In this document: positions 19,370 to 27,889 of the stretch, one piece after another
Layout of the letters: every line of letters begins with the position of its first letter
Position numbering within the stretch: position 1 is the first letter of the stretch
Sequence record: SRR2962707_5026
DNA: 45,130 nt
Direction: 5' to 3' (one strand)
The notes under the pieces: generated by a model
Database searches by the model: none
Told to the model about the DNA's origin: nothing
The model's input: the letters and a program-made list of their open reading frames with translations, nothing else
Translations under genes and position numbers: made by a program

Positions 19370-19908
19370 GGTGCTTGATTCTCTACTAATGTTAAACACA
19401 TCCGATGCATTCCTCTCAATTCTTCCTTGAAAAACGGCACTTCCAATCGGGTTGTGCTGTGAAATTCAAATCCCAATTTTTGATAAAAAGCAATGGCTTT
19501 GTGGTTGGTATCAATGACGCACAGAAAAAACAATTTCTTGCCTCTTTCTCTTACCTGATCGATGATCTGGTTCAAGGCCATCTTTCCAATTCCTGACCCA
19601 CTGAATTTGGGTAAAATGTAGATTTTTTCCAGCTCACAATTATCCTGTTCAGACAGTTTCTTGTCAGACGAATAGTTCATCTTGATAAATCCGACATTTT
19701 CACCATCCATTTCAATAAAGAAATATTCAATCGGTCCCGGCTTCAAATCAGTCTCCAAACGACTCATTCCGAATTCATTCTCCAGGTAAAGATCCAGTCC
19801 GTTTTCAGTCCAATGGTCTGCAAAGGTCTGACGATAGGATTCCGTGCAGATCACATGTAATGCTGTGATGTTGTCGATTTCTGCCTTTTTTAGTGCAATG
19901 GATTTCAA
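19366..19908 (-). CDS. GNAT N-acetyltransferase (PaiA-like)
   Basis: ELEKIYILPKFSGSGIGK acetyl-CoA motif, NHKAIAFYQKLGF. Confidence 0.9.
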   Translation of the reverse strand: MKSIALKKAEIDNITALHVICTESYRQTFADHWTENGLDLYLENEFGMSRLETDLKPGPIEYFFIEMDGENVGFIKMNYSSDKKLSEQDNCELEKIYILPKFSGSGIGKMALNQIIDQVRERGKKLFFLCVIDTNHKAIAFYQKLGFEFHSTTRLEVPFFKEELRGMHRMCLTLVENQAP

Positions 19909-19936
19909 GCCGCTGGTTTCCTGATGTTGGGGTGAA

Positions 19937-20419
19937 TCACTTATAGATCAATACCGTCGCATGTGCAGCCACTCCTTCTTCTTTGCCTACAAAGCCCAAC
20001 TTCTCTGTTGTAGTGGCCTTGATTGAAACATCGTCTTGTGGAATGCCCATCACCTTGGACAAGGTTTTCTTCATCGCAGGGACGTACGGATTGATTTTTG
20101 GCTCCTGCAAGCATATCGTGGAGTCGACATTGCCAACCTTGTAGCCTTTTTCGCCAATCAGCTCAATCACTTTCTTCAGCAGGATTTTGCTGTCGATTCC
20201 TTTGAATTGAGGATCCTTATCTGAAAAATGATAGCCAATGTCCCGCATATTGGCGGCTCCAAGCAATGCATCACAAATCACATGAATGAGCACATCAGCA
20301 TCTGAATGACCATAAGCTCCGTGGGTGTGCATGATCTGGATGCCTCCGATCCAAAAATCTACTCCTTCTGCAAGGGCATGCACATCGTATCCGTATCCAA
20401 CTCGAATGTTAGGTTTCAT
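19937..20419 (-). CDS. ispF: 2-C-methyl-D-erythritol 2,4-cyclodiphosphate synthase
   Basis: RVGYGYDVH, GHSDADV, DIGYHF, KATTTEKLGF; start moved to ATG 20419. Confidence 0.97.
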   Translation of the reverse strand: MKPNIRVGYGYDVHALAEGVDFWIGGIQIMHTHGAYGHSDADVLIHVICDALLGAANMRDIGYHFSDKDPQFKGIDSKILLKKVIELIGEKGYKVGNVDSTICLQEPKINPYVPAMKKTLSKVMGIPQDDVSIKATTTEKLGFVGKEEGVAAHATVLIYK

Positions 20420-20423
20420 GCAA

Positions 20424-21272
20424 TCAAAGATCGCTTTTTTTCCTTCTTCGTCGTACTCTTTTGACCAAAACAACCGCTCCTCCAATCAATATTACGAAAG
20501 GCCAGATCCTAACAGCAAATACGAGAAAAGAAAGAAACCCATTCCAGCCTCCGGAAAACGCATTGGCTATTCGCCTACCAAAGCCCGGTCGTTGCTCCCC
20601 ATCGTATTGATAGGGCAACAATTCGTAAAAGGTCAGATCAATGGTACTGTAGCTGACCTGATGGCTCAATAACTTGAACTGTCCCTGCAGGGATTCAATC
20701 TCACCTCTCACGATGTTCAGGTTGCGTTCTACCTCCAACATGTCCTTCACAGTAACTGCCTTTTTCAGGATATTCTGGTACCGTTCTTCGAGCTTTTGTT
20801 TGTTTTCAATCCTTGATTGGAGGTCATAGTATCTGGCAGTTACATCGTCTGTATTGATCCATCGACTATCGATGGCCTGACCTTCTGAAATCCTCGTGAT
20901 AAGGCTATCAAAATGTCGTGGCGCCACTTTGATCACGACTGAATAATTGACCCGATCATATCCTTTGTTTTCATTTTCTGAAGAGACATATGCATCGTAC
21001 TTCGCAAGCAGTCCTTTCAATCGAAGGTATTCTTCGGAAGTGTTTTCCACCTTGTATGAGAGATTGGCGGTCTTAACCACCTTCTTTTCTATCTCCTTAC
21101 CGGTCGGCTGAGCTGCTGCTCTGGTTGAAACAGGGCTAATTTTCATCTCCATCTCATCGACTTCTTCCATCGGGGCAATGGCCATTACGTCTTCAAAGTT
21201 TTCTGAATGGTTGGAATGAGTTGTACCGCACGAGAATGCAAGCAGTACAAGTAGGATTGGGATCGTTTTCAT
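20424..21272 (-). CDS. DUF4349 lipoprotein
   Basis: Lipobox LAFS-C; KKVVKTANL, DDVTARYYDL, coiled coil, VSYSTIDL, C-terminal TM plus basic tail. Confidence 0.88.
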   Translation of the reverse strand: MKTIPILLVLLAFSCGTTHSNHSENFEDVMAIAPMEEVDEMEMKISPVSTRAAAQPTGKEIEKKVVKTANLSYKVENTSEEYLRLKGLLAKYDAYVSSENENKGYDRVNYSVVIKVAPRHFDSLITRISEGQAIDSRWINTDDVTARYYDLQSRIENKQKLEERYQNILKKAVTVKDMLEVERNLNIVRGEIESLQGQFKLLSHQVSYSTIDLTFYELLPYQYDGEQRPGFGRRIANAFSGGWNGFLSFLVFAVRIWPFVILIGGAVVLVKRVRRRRKKSDL

Positions 21273-21307
21273 AATTCCTGAATTTTTATTCAGGAGCTAC
21301 AATAACC

Positions 21308-22093
21308 TTACCAATGCTTTTGGATCACTTCAAGGAAGGATGGGTGTACCCCTCCACCGGCGACCATCTCCCGCCCAAAAATGAAATCGTCACCGCCTTT
21401 GAAATCGGTCACAGTTCCACCGGCTTCTTTCACAAGAATTACTCCTGCGGCAATATCATATGAATTGAGATTGTATTCGAAAAAACCGCCATACCGACCA
21501 CAGGCCACATAGGCCATGTCTGCTGCGGCACTACCCATTCTGCGCAGGCCCTGGGTGTGTTTCATGAGCTCATTCAGAATTTGAAGGTATTCCTCCAGGC
21601 GATCAAAGTTGTAGTATGGAAAGCCGGTTGCAAGCACACAGTTTCGGATGTCCGGGTCCTTTCGAACGTGTATGGGCGTACCATTCAAAAAAGCCCCATT
21701 GCCCTTGGAGGCATGGAAACACTCGTCGTTGGCTACTTCATACACCACACCTGACACGATTTCTCCCTGGTACATCAGACCAATGCTGACGCAATAGTTG
21801 GGGATGCCGTGCACAAAGTTGGTTGTGCCATCCAGTGGATCAATGATCCAGGTATATTCTTTCCTGCCCTGACTGGTGGTTTCTTCTTCCGTAATGAAGC
21901 CGGCTCCAGGTATGATTTTCTCTAATCCAGAAATGATGGATTTTTCCGACTCTTTATCCACGTAGGAAACCAGGTCGCTCGGGCCTTTCAATTCGACTTT
22001 ATCGTAGGAAAAAGACTTTCTTTCCTTCCGAATAAAAGCTCCGACTTCTTTGGCCAGTACCGCCACTTGACTGGTTATTTCTTCAAAATTCAC
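21308..22093 (-). CDS. suhB: Inositol monophosphatase family
   Basis: WIIDPLDGTTNF, RRMGSAAAD, YDIAAG. Confidence 0.92.
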   Translation of the reverse strand: MNFEEITSQVAVLAKEVGAFIRKERKSFSYDKVELKGPSDLVSYVDKESEKSIISGLEKIIPGAGFITEEETTSQGRKEYTWIIDPLDGTTNFVHGIPNYCVSIGLMYQGEIVSGVVYEVANDECFHASKGNGAFLNGTPIHVRKDPDIRNCVLATGFPYYNFDRLEEYLQILNELMKHTQGLRRMGSAAADMAYVACGRYGGFFEYNLNSYDIAAGVILVKEAGGTVTDFKGGDDFIFGREMVAGGGVHPSFLEVIQKHW

Positions 22094-22773
22094 TTGTTTC
22101 CCTCCAATACGATGACAAATTCTCCTTTTATGGATTTGCTTCCAAAATAAGACAACACCTCCGGGATGCTTCCGGTTATGGTTTCTTCAAATTTCTTTGT
22201 CAGCTCTCTTGAGACAGATACTTTGCGCTCAACCCCCAAGATTTCTTTGAATTGCTCCAGTGTTTTGAGCAATCGGTGGGGTGATTCATACAAAACCACT
22301 GTTCTGGGTTCGTCTTTCAGTGCTTCTATTCTGGTCTGTCGGCCCTTTTTGTGAGGTAGAAATCCCTCATAGACAAACCGTTCACATGGAAAGCCGGATT
22401 TGATGAGGGCGGGTACAAAAGCTGTCGCTCCGGGAAGCGAATCGACCTCAATGTCATTTTCTAAAGCCGCCCGAACCAGCAAAAAACCCGGATCAGAAAT
22501 CCCAGGTGTGCCAGCATCAGAGATCTGTGCGATGTTGGTTCCTGATTGTAGTTTTTCAATTACCTCATTTACTTTCTTGTGCTCATTGTGTGCGTGAAAG
22601 CTCTGGGCAGGAGTGTTGATCTGGTAATGCTTGAGTAAAAAGCCTGACGTGCGTGTGTCCTCTGCCAGAATCAGATCTACTTCGTTCAGCATCTGAACAG
22701 CACGATAGGTCATGTCCGCAAGGTTGCCGATGGGCGTAGGGACAAGGTAGAGTTTGCCTGGTTGGGAGGTCAT
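22090..22773 (-). CDS. rsmI: 16S rRNA C1402 2'-O-methyltransferase
   Basis: LYLVPTPIGNL, AEDTR, SDAGTPGISDPG, YESPHR, RELTKKFEE. Confidence 0.97.
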   Translation of the reverse strand: MTSQPGKLYLVPTPIGNLADMTYRAVQMLNEVDLILAEDTRTSGFLLKHYQINTPAQSFHAHNEHKKVNEVIEKLQSGTNIAQISDAGTPGISDPGFLLVRAALENDIEVDSLPGATAFVPALIKSGFPCERFVYEGFLPHKKGRQTRIEALKDEPRTVVLYESPHRLLKTLEQFKEILGVERKVSVSRELTKKFEETITGSIPEVLSYFGSKSIKGEFVIVLEGNK

Positions 22774-22792
22774 CTAGCTAAGTTAGAGATTT

Positions 22793-22834
22793 TAACCACA
22801 GAGGTCGCAGAGAATGCTGATAGAGAACACATAA
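22793..22834. repeat. Degenerate short CRCAGAG-type tandem repeat
   Basis: AACCACAGAG GTCGCAGAG AATGCTGATAGAG AACACATAAA in the intergenic gap. Confidence 0.5.
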
Positions 22835-22844
22835 ATTTCGTCAA

Positions 22845-23369
22845 CTAGTTCGCTTTGAACTCCAGGGTGTAGTTGTACTTATCAAGTTTGTATACACCTT
22901 TCACGGTTTGAACAGACGGTGGAGAAAAAACACCAAATCCGAGTAAATCATCATCCCCAAGGTATTTCTCAATGCATAAATAATCTCTAGAAGAAGCACA
23001 ATCCCTTAGCTTTTGGTGGTGGATTCTGACAACCGGATCAATTTGCAATTCACTTTGCTCCGTATCTAGTTCGATAAGAAAGAAAATAAACTGAGTATCA
23101 CCATTGGTTGTCACCCAATCAAAATTGGCTTGCATCCTTCCTTTTCTGAAATTGAATTTTTTGGAGAGCTGAGGTTCGTTAAGTGTTAATCCATCGTCAG
23201 AATATGAATAAATGAATAGCAGTAGTTCATCTGACTTAGAAGAAGCGACACTAAAATCTTCACTTAGATCTGTTGATGAAACGGTGATGCGAATAGTATC
23301 TTGGTCGACCTGTGCAAACAAACCAGCCGAATACAACAATGCAGCTACTACTAACTGGATTCTTTTCAA
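22845..23369 (-). CDS. Hypothetical secreted protein
   Basis: Signal peptide starts at TTG 23369, 4 bp after the upstream stop; beta-rich with acidic loops. Confidence 0.65.
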   Translation of the reverse strand: MKRIQLVVAALLYSAGLFAQVDQDTIRITVSSTDLSEDFSVASSKSDELLLFIYSYSDDGLTLNEPQLSKKFNFRKGRMQANFDWVTTNGDTQFIFFLIELDTEQSELQIDPVVRIHHQKLRDCASSRDYLCIEKYLGDDDLLGFGVFSPPSVQTVKGVYKLDKYNYTLEFKAN

Positions 23370-23373
23370 TGAC

Positions 23374-23616
23374 CTAGTTTTTGGATACAAGTTTATCGAT
23401 CTCTGCCGCAAGCTTATGATCCTTCTCTGTCACCACATCACCTGCATCATGGGTGTTGAGTTCGAAACTCACCATGTTGTAGACATTTGACCAGTTAGGG
23501 TGATGGTTCATCTTTTCTGCCACGATGGCTACTTTGCTCATGAAACCAAAGGCCTCCACAAAGTCATTGAATTTGAACGTCTTCTTTAGTTTGTTGTCTT
23601 CTTCAGTCCAACTCAT
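23374..23616 (-). CDS. phhB: Pterin-4-alpha-carbinolamine dehydratase
   Basis: [28 protein letters not shown]. Confidence 0.93.
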   Translation of the reverse strand: MSWTEEDNKLKKTFKFNDFVEAFGFMSKVAIVAEKMNHHPNWSNVYNMVSFELNTHDAGDVVTEKDHKLAAEIDKLVSKN

Positions 23617-23625
23617 GCTTGCTTA

Positions 23626-23886
23626 TTAAAGTGAAATGATCCCTTCGATTTTCTTGGCCTCTTTATACACATCCACGACCGCCATGCTGGTTTCCATGTG
23701 GGCATGGATCGTCACGCTCACGTATTTATTTCCCGAACTCGGCTTCAGTTTGATCTCCGCTTCTTCTACCAATGCCTCTACTTTGGACTGGTGCTCCGGC
23801 TTCACAATGAATTTGAACGTATAGTGTCCCGGAAACTCGTGATTGTGTTCCAGCTTTTCTACGAATGCGTCTATGTCCCAACTCAT
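23626..23886 (-). CDS. DUF493 (YbeD-like) protein
   Basis: EFPGHYTFKFIV, SSGNKYVSVT, EGIISL. Confidence 0.88.
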   Translation of the reverse strand: MSWDIDAFVEKLEHNHEFPGHYTFKFIVKPEHQSKVEALVEEAEIKLKPSSGNKYVSVTIHAHMETSMAVVDVYKEAKKIEGIISL

Positions 23887-23938
23887 ATTTTTAATTTACT
23901 TATAAACGATAAGCTTGCCCAATTCATTCCTTACAAAT

Positions 23939-23972
23939 AAAAAAGCCATCCTGATCAGATCAGAATGGCTTT
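23939..23972 (-). terminator. Intrinsic terminator after the PpiD-like gene
   Basis: Minus strand AAAGCCATTCTGATC-T-GATCAGGATGGCTTTTTT. Confidence 0.85.
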
Positions 23973-23992
23973 GATATCTAATTGATCTTTTT

Positions 23993-25825
23993 TTAGAAGA
24001 ATTTGTATCGCATGTCTTCGATCTCCGCAAATTCTTTTACTGCATCGTCAATCTTTCTTGATACGAAGATTCTGAAGTATGACAATGGGAAGTCAGCTAC
24101 TAGTGCATTCGGACCCAATCGCTGACCGGAAACCTGCAGCGCATAAGCTGAATAATCATCCAAATCAGCTGGAATATCTTTCGCGCTAAGCTTGACCACA
24201 ATCACTCCATCCTGAACTGCGAATGCTTGCGTCATTTCTTCTTCGTCAAGAGCGAAAGAGATGCCAATGGCTTCAGGTGCATATCCTACACCAGTGATGC
24301 TATTAGAGAAAAGCTGGTAATCAGCAGATCCAGTTCGTGCACCGTCACCGTAAACAACCGCCATGGACTCCAGATCAGAAGCATCCAGATCATTCAGTTT
24401 GCTCATGATCATGTCTGCCTTTTTCTCGTTTCTTACTTTTCGTTCTACCTGATTTCTAACCTCGTCCAGGTTAGCCACACCTTCTTCCTGCTCAGCAGTC
24501 ATGGCAGCAATCACATACTGGTCTCCTACTTCTCTCACTTCGGATACCGCACCGGTCTCAGCTTGGTTGTATAACCAAAGCACAAGGCCTCTACCTTCGA
24601 TCAGGTTACCCACACGCTGCGCATTCTTTCCAACTCTTGCAGCAGTACGAATGGTTAGGCCTGACTCGTTTGCATTCTTTCTGAATTCTTCCAGGTTTCC
24701 TGAGTTGGCAGCAAACAAATCCGCTTCACGGTAGGTAGCATCGATGGTCTCATCAGAGATGTAAAATTCCTTTTTCATCTTAGCCACACGATAAAGCACA
24801 CTATCAGCAGTGATTTCATCTTTTCTGGAAAGTTTGTAGAACTCATATGCTCCATTGACAATCACAGGGCTTGATACGTATCCAACTTCTTTACCAACAA
24901 GTGAATCAGGAAGGTTGTCTTCCGTGTAGGTAATGAATGGATAAGGATCATCCGAATTGATGTTAACATAGCTTGAATCGTTGGTAGCGGCTGCAAGAGC
25001 CGTTTTAAATTGAGCTACTTCTTCCACAACCACAGCAGTATCATAGCTAGATGGCTTCAACTCAAATACCACGTACTCCAGGCTTCTTGTTTCCTCTCTT
25101 TGGAACTCCGAAGCATTCTCGTTGATGTATGTCTTCATCTCACTGTCAGAAACGGAGATGGAAGAGTCCGCAACACTTAGGAATGGTACGTACAAGTAGT
25201 CGATAGTTGCTGTTGCCGACTGACTCACATATTCGTCTTTTGCTTCGTACTTAGTTACGTAGTTGGTCTTTGCAAACAGGTTATTGTATTTCTCCATCAA
25301 TCTGCTTGGAACCAATGACTGCTCAAATGAGATCCATGAATTTCGTTGCTGAACAGGTGCTTGCTGTAGAGAAGCAAGGAAGTTGGTCACGTTAGCCACA
25401 TCGAATGCGCCTGTTTGGGGATCGCCAAAAAACGATCTGATCTGCGGGCTGATGTTTGACCCTTGTACCATGTCTACCAGCTCTTCGTTGGTTACAGCCA
25501 ATCCCAACTCATCGTATTGCTTCTGATAAGCTTCTTCAAGAATCAACGCGTTCCATGCTTGCACACGAATCTGATCCATTTCTTGCTGAAGTGGGTTTCT
25601 TCCGGAGTTGATTGCGAAGTTGTAGGATAGTTGGTCTACTTTATTTTGGAATCTGGTATTGCTGATGGTCTCTCCCGCGATCTCTGCAATATCCTGGTCT
25701 GGGCCTCCTCCTAAAAGTGAAGAGTTTCCGATAAGGTCAGTTCCGATGAAGGCAACCATGGTCAGCATGATTGCTCCCACCACGATCTTGCCCATCTTAT
25801 TTCTCAGTGTTCCTATTAATGCCAT
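23993..25825 (-). CDS. ppiD: PpiD-like membrane-anchored periplasmic chaperone (SurA N-terminal domain)
   Basis: MALIGTLRNK + TM, IAGETIS, LGLAVTNEEL, ETRSLEYVVF, IEDMRYKFF; start 25825 supported by the upstream -7 box. Confidence 0.8.
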   Translation of the reverse strand: MALIGTLRNKMGKIVVGAIMLTMVAFIGTDLIGNSSLLGGGPDQDIAEIAGETISNTRFQNKVDQLSYNFAINSGRNPLQQEMDQIRVQAWNALILEEAYQKQYDELGLAVTNEELVDMVQGSNISPQIRSFFGDPQTGAFDVANVTNFLASLQQAPVQQRNSWISFEQSLVPSRLMEKYNNLFAKTNYVTKYEAKDEYVSQSATATIDYLYVPFLSVADSSISVSDSEMKTYINENASEFQREETRSLEYVVFELKPSSYDTAVVVEEVAQFKTALAAATNDSSYVNINSDDPYPFITYTEDNLPDSLVGKEVGYVSSPVIVNGAYEFYKLSRKDEITADSVLYRVAKMKKEFYISDETIDATYREADLFAANSGNLEEFRKNANESGLTIRTAARVGKNAQRVGNLIEGRGLVLWLYNQAETGAVSEVREVGDQYVIAAMTAEQEEGVANLDEVRNQVERKVRNEKKADMIMSKLNDLDASDLESMAVVYGDGARTGSADYQLFSNSITGVGYAPEAIGISFALDEEEMTQAFAVQDGVIVVKLSAKDIPADLDDYSAYALQVSGQRLGPNALVADFPLSYFRIFVSRKIDDAVKEFAEIEDMRYKFF

Positions 25826-25855
25826 TTTTCTAAATGCTCTATATTTTGAGGTCGG

Positions 25856-25863
25856 CAAAAATA
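25856..25863 (-). promoter_or_regulatory. Bacteroidota housekeeping -7 promoter box
   Basis: TATTTTTG matches TAnnTTTG, 30 bp upstream of ATG 25825. Confidence 0.65.
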
Positions 25864-25974
25864 AGGAAATTATTTGCTATTGGCTATTCAAGAGAATATT
25901 TCTGAATGGCGGTAATGGCTTGATTCTCAGTGGGCCTATCCTTTCGTGACCGGTTATCCGCGTCAAACTACCAA

Positions 25975-26904
25975 TTACTGCTTTTGACCCGGGGCTTTTG
26001 CCATGGCCAATTCGTTGTTTCTGTTCCAGAAATAGGCCAAACTAAGACCTGAAAGAATGTGCCAAATGCCCCACCAGGCAGCAACAATGGCCATACCTCC
26101 CAGCCCGTTGAAGAAGCTGAAAATAAGGATCAGGCCGAGTCCGGAATTTTGGATGCCCGTCTCGATGGCAATGGAACGACGATCCGATGAGTCAAGTTTG
26201 AAAAGCTTTCCCATCTGATACCCGGCTGTAAGCGCTACAGCATTGTGGATCAATACCAGGAAGACCACCAGGTGTATGTATTCTAAAAATAAATCGAAAT
26301 TGGCTTTGAAGGCCATTAGCACAATGGCAGCAAAGATGGCGATGGAGCTGTAGTGCATCACCGGGTGGAGGCGATCGGCCACTTTTGGTTTGTGGCTTCT
26401 CAGTAGCATTCCCAAAACGATGGGGATAAGCAACAACAACGTGATGGTCTTCAGCAATTCCCAGAAATCCAGACTCACTTCCGTGAGAATGCTTGAGGTG
26501 GGCGCATACAGGCTAGCCCATAGTGTAAGGTTGAGAGGAGTCATGAAAATGGCCAATGAGCTGGATACGGCAGTCAGGCTCACCGAAAGGGCGGTGTTGC
26601 CTCTTGCCATGGCCGACATGAAATTGGAGATATTTCCTCCAGGGCATGAAGCTACCAGCATCATGCCTAAAGCAAAGCTGGGTCTTGGTTGTAAAATCAA
26701 AACCAGTAGAAATGTCAAGGTTGGCAGCACAAAGAACTGAGAAAGAATGCCTGCAAGTGCTGCTTTTGGATTTTTTAATACTAATGCAAAGTCTGACAAA
26801 CGCAGGTTAATGGCCACACCGAACATGATGAAGCCGAGGCTGAGGTTGAGGTAAAATAGGTTGGCCTCACTAAAGTTTAATGTGACCTGGTCAATGGTAT
26901 CCAC
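25975..26904 (-). CDS. Bile acid:sodium symporter (BASS) family transporter
   Basis: IMFGVA, CPGGNISN, GNTALSV, IETGIQNSGL; likely GTG start at 26904. Confidence 0.93.
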   Translation of the reverse strand: MDTIDQVTLNFSEANLFYLNLSLGFIMFGVAINLRLSDFALVLKNPKAALAGILSQFFVLPTLTFLLVLILQPRPSFALGMMLVASCPGGNISNFMSAMARGNTALSVSLTAVSSSLAIFMTPLNLTLWASLYAPTSSILTEVSLDFWELLKTITLLLLIPIVLGMLLRSHKPKVADRLHPVMHYSSIAIFAAIVLMAFKANFDLFLEYIHLVVFLVLIHNAVALTAGYQMGKLFKLDSSDRRSIAIETGIQNSGLGLILIFSFFNGLGGMAIVAAWWGIWHILSGLSLAYFWNRNNELAMAKAPGQKQ

Positions 26905-26928
26905 AAGGGAAAGATAGCTTAAAAAAGG

Positions 26929-27016
26929 AGAGATCCTTCGTTGCACTCAGGATGACATTCACACAGAGAATAGTAAATATCAAAGAATGTCATTCTGAGC
27001 GAAGCGAAGAATCTCT
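26929..27016. repeat. REP-like inverted repeat pair
   Basis: AGAGATCCTTCGTTGCACTCAGGATGACATTC (26929-26960) and GAATGTCATTCTGAGCGAAGCGAAGAATCTCT (26985-27016), 27/32 complementary. Confidence 0.85.
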
Positions 27017-27042
27017 TTCACTTGGGTTCGTAAATCCCTCCC

Positions 27043-27858
27043 CTACTGTTTCCTGATTATAATATCCCCGTTCATGTTTTTGAAGGTGTATTCCGGACCT
27101 CCGCCGTTGATGTCACCAAACACCCAGGCATTGAGGGAGATTTTATATTCGCCATCGTCTGACTTCACCTGTGGTTTGGAACGATCCACAGTCATATCAA
27201 AGTCAGTGAAGATCTCACCTCGGTCAGATTTCATTTTGGCCCTGGCTTTGATGCTGGCGGGGAAAGTCACGTCAACATTTCCATTAAGGGTAACGAATGA
27301 CATGGGCTCATTGGCCGTCACTTGTTTGAAGTTGACGATGATCGCGCCATTCACCGTATTAGAAACCACCGATCCGGATATGTCTTTCAAGGTGATGGGG
27401 CCGTTCACAGCGGATACCTCGTGTGTTCCATTCACACCAGTTATTTCCACTTTACCGTGAACCGTTGACACTTCCAGATCGAAGTTGGCAGGCACCTTGA
27501 TGAAAAGATCGATTGCTTTCTTCCACGAATTCGTTTCGATCCCTACCACATTGTTGTTTTCAGATGCCTCCAACTCCACAGGGCTTGAAGCGATTCTTTT
27601 CATCCCCTCCGGAGCTTTTCTGTCGCTATCATGATCATGATCGCAATCGTCGCAATCTGATTCGCTTCCGGACTTGGCCTGGATGATCACTTCTTTTCCG
27701 TTGTAAACTTCCACTACGATGTTTCCTCGTACCTGGCCCACTTCCAGCTTTCCTTTCTTATCGGGATTGCTGAGGGGTACTGCTATTTGCTCGTTGAATT
27801 CCTGCGACCAGGCCATTGCCGTGGCTGTCAGGAAGAATATGGTTAATAACTTTTTCAT
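27043..27858 (-). CDS. DUF4097 (beta-solenoid, Toastrack-type) secreted protein
   Basis: Signal peptide; repeats STVHGKV, SAVNGPI, NTVNGAI, VTLNGNV, KNMNGDI. Confidence 0.88.
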   Translation of the reverse strand: MKKLLTIFFLTATAMAWSQEFNEQIAVPLSNPDKKGKLEVGQVRGNIVVEVYNGKEVIIQAKSGSESDCDDCDHDHDSDRKAPEGMKRIASSPVELEASENNNVVGIETNSWKKAIDLFIKVPANFDLEVSTVHGKVEITGVNGTHEVSAVNGPITLKDISGSVVSNTVNGAIIVNFKQVTANEPMSFVTLNGNVDVTFPASIKARAKMKSDRGEIFTDFDMTVDRSKPQVKSDDGEYKISLNAWVFGDINGGGPEYTFKNMNGDIIIRKQ

Positions 27859-27889
27859 TGTTTCTATCTATTTATGCGCAAGGCGCGTT

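Noticed and set aside
19370-19399. N-terminal extension of MnmD
   Set aside because: Lies inside the GNAT gene; ATG 19369 gives a standard ATGA coupling
19937-20419. ispF as a precursor-supply gene of the UbiA-cyclase locus
   Set aside because: About 17 kb away inside a housekeeping run; shows only that the MEP pathway is probably present
20420-20485. N-terminal extension of IspF in the ORF track
   Set aside because: Overlaps the DUF4349 gene end; family similarity starts at MKPNIRVG (ATG 20419)
25826-25858. N-terminal extension of the PpiD-like protein
   Set aside because: The TTG lies within the -7 promoter box; MALIG is the typical start
26905-26946. N-terminal extension of the BASS transporter
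   Set aside because: Runs into the REP-like repeat; GTG 26904 is more plausible
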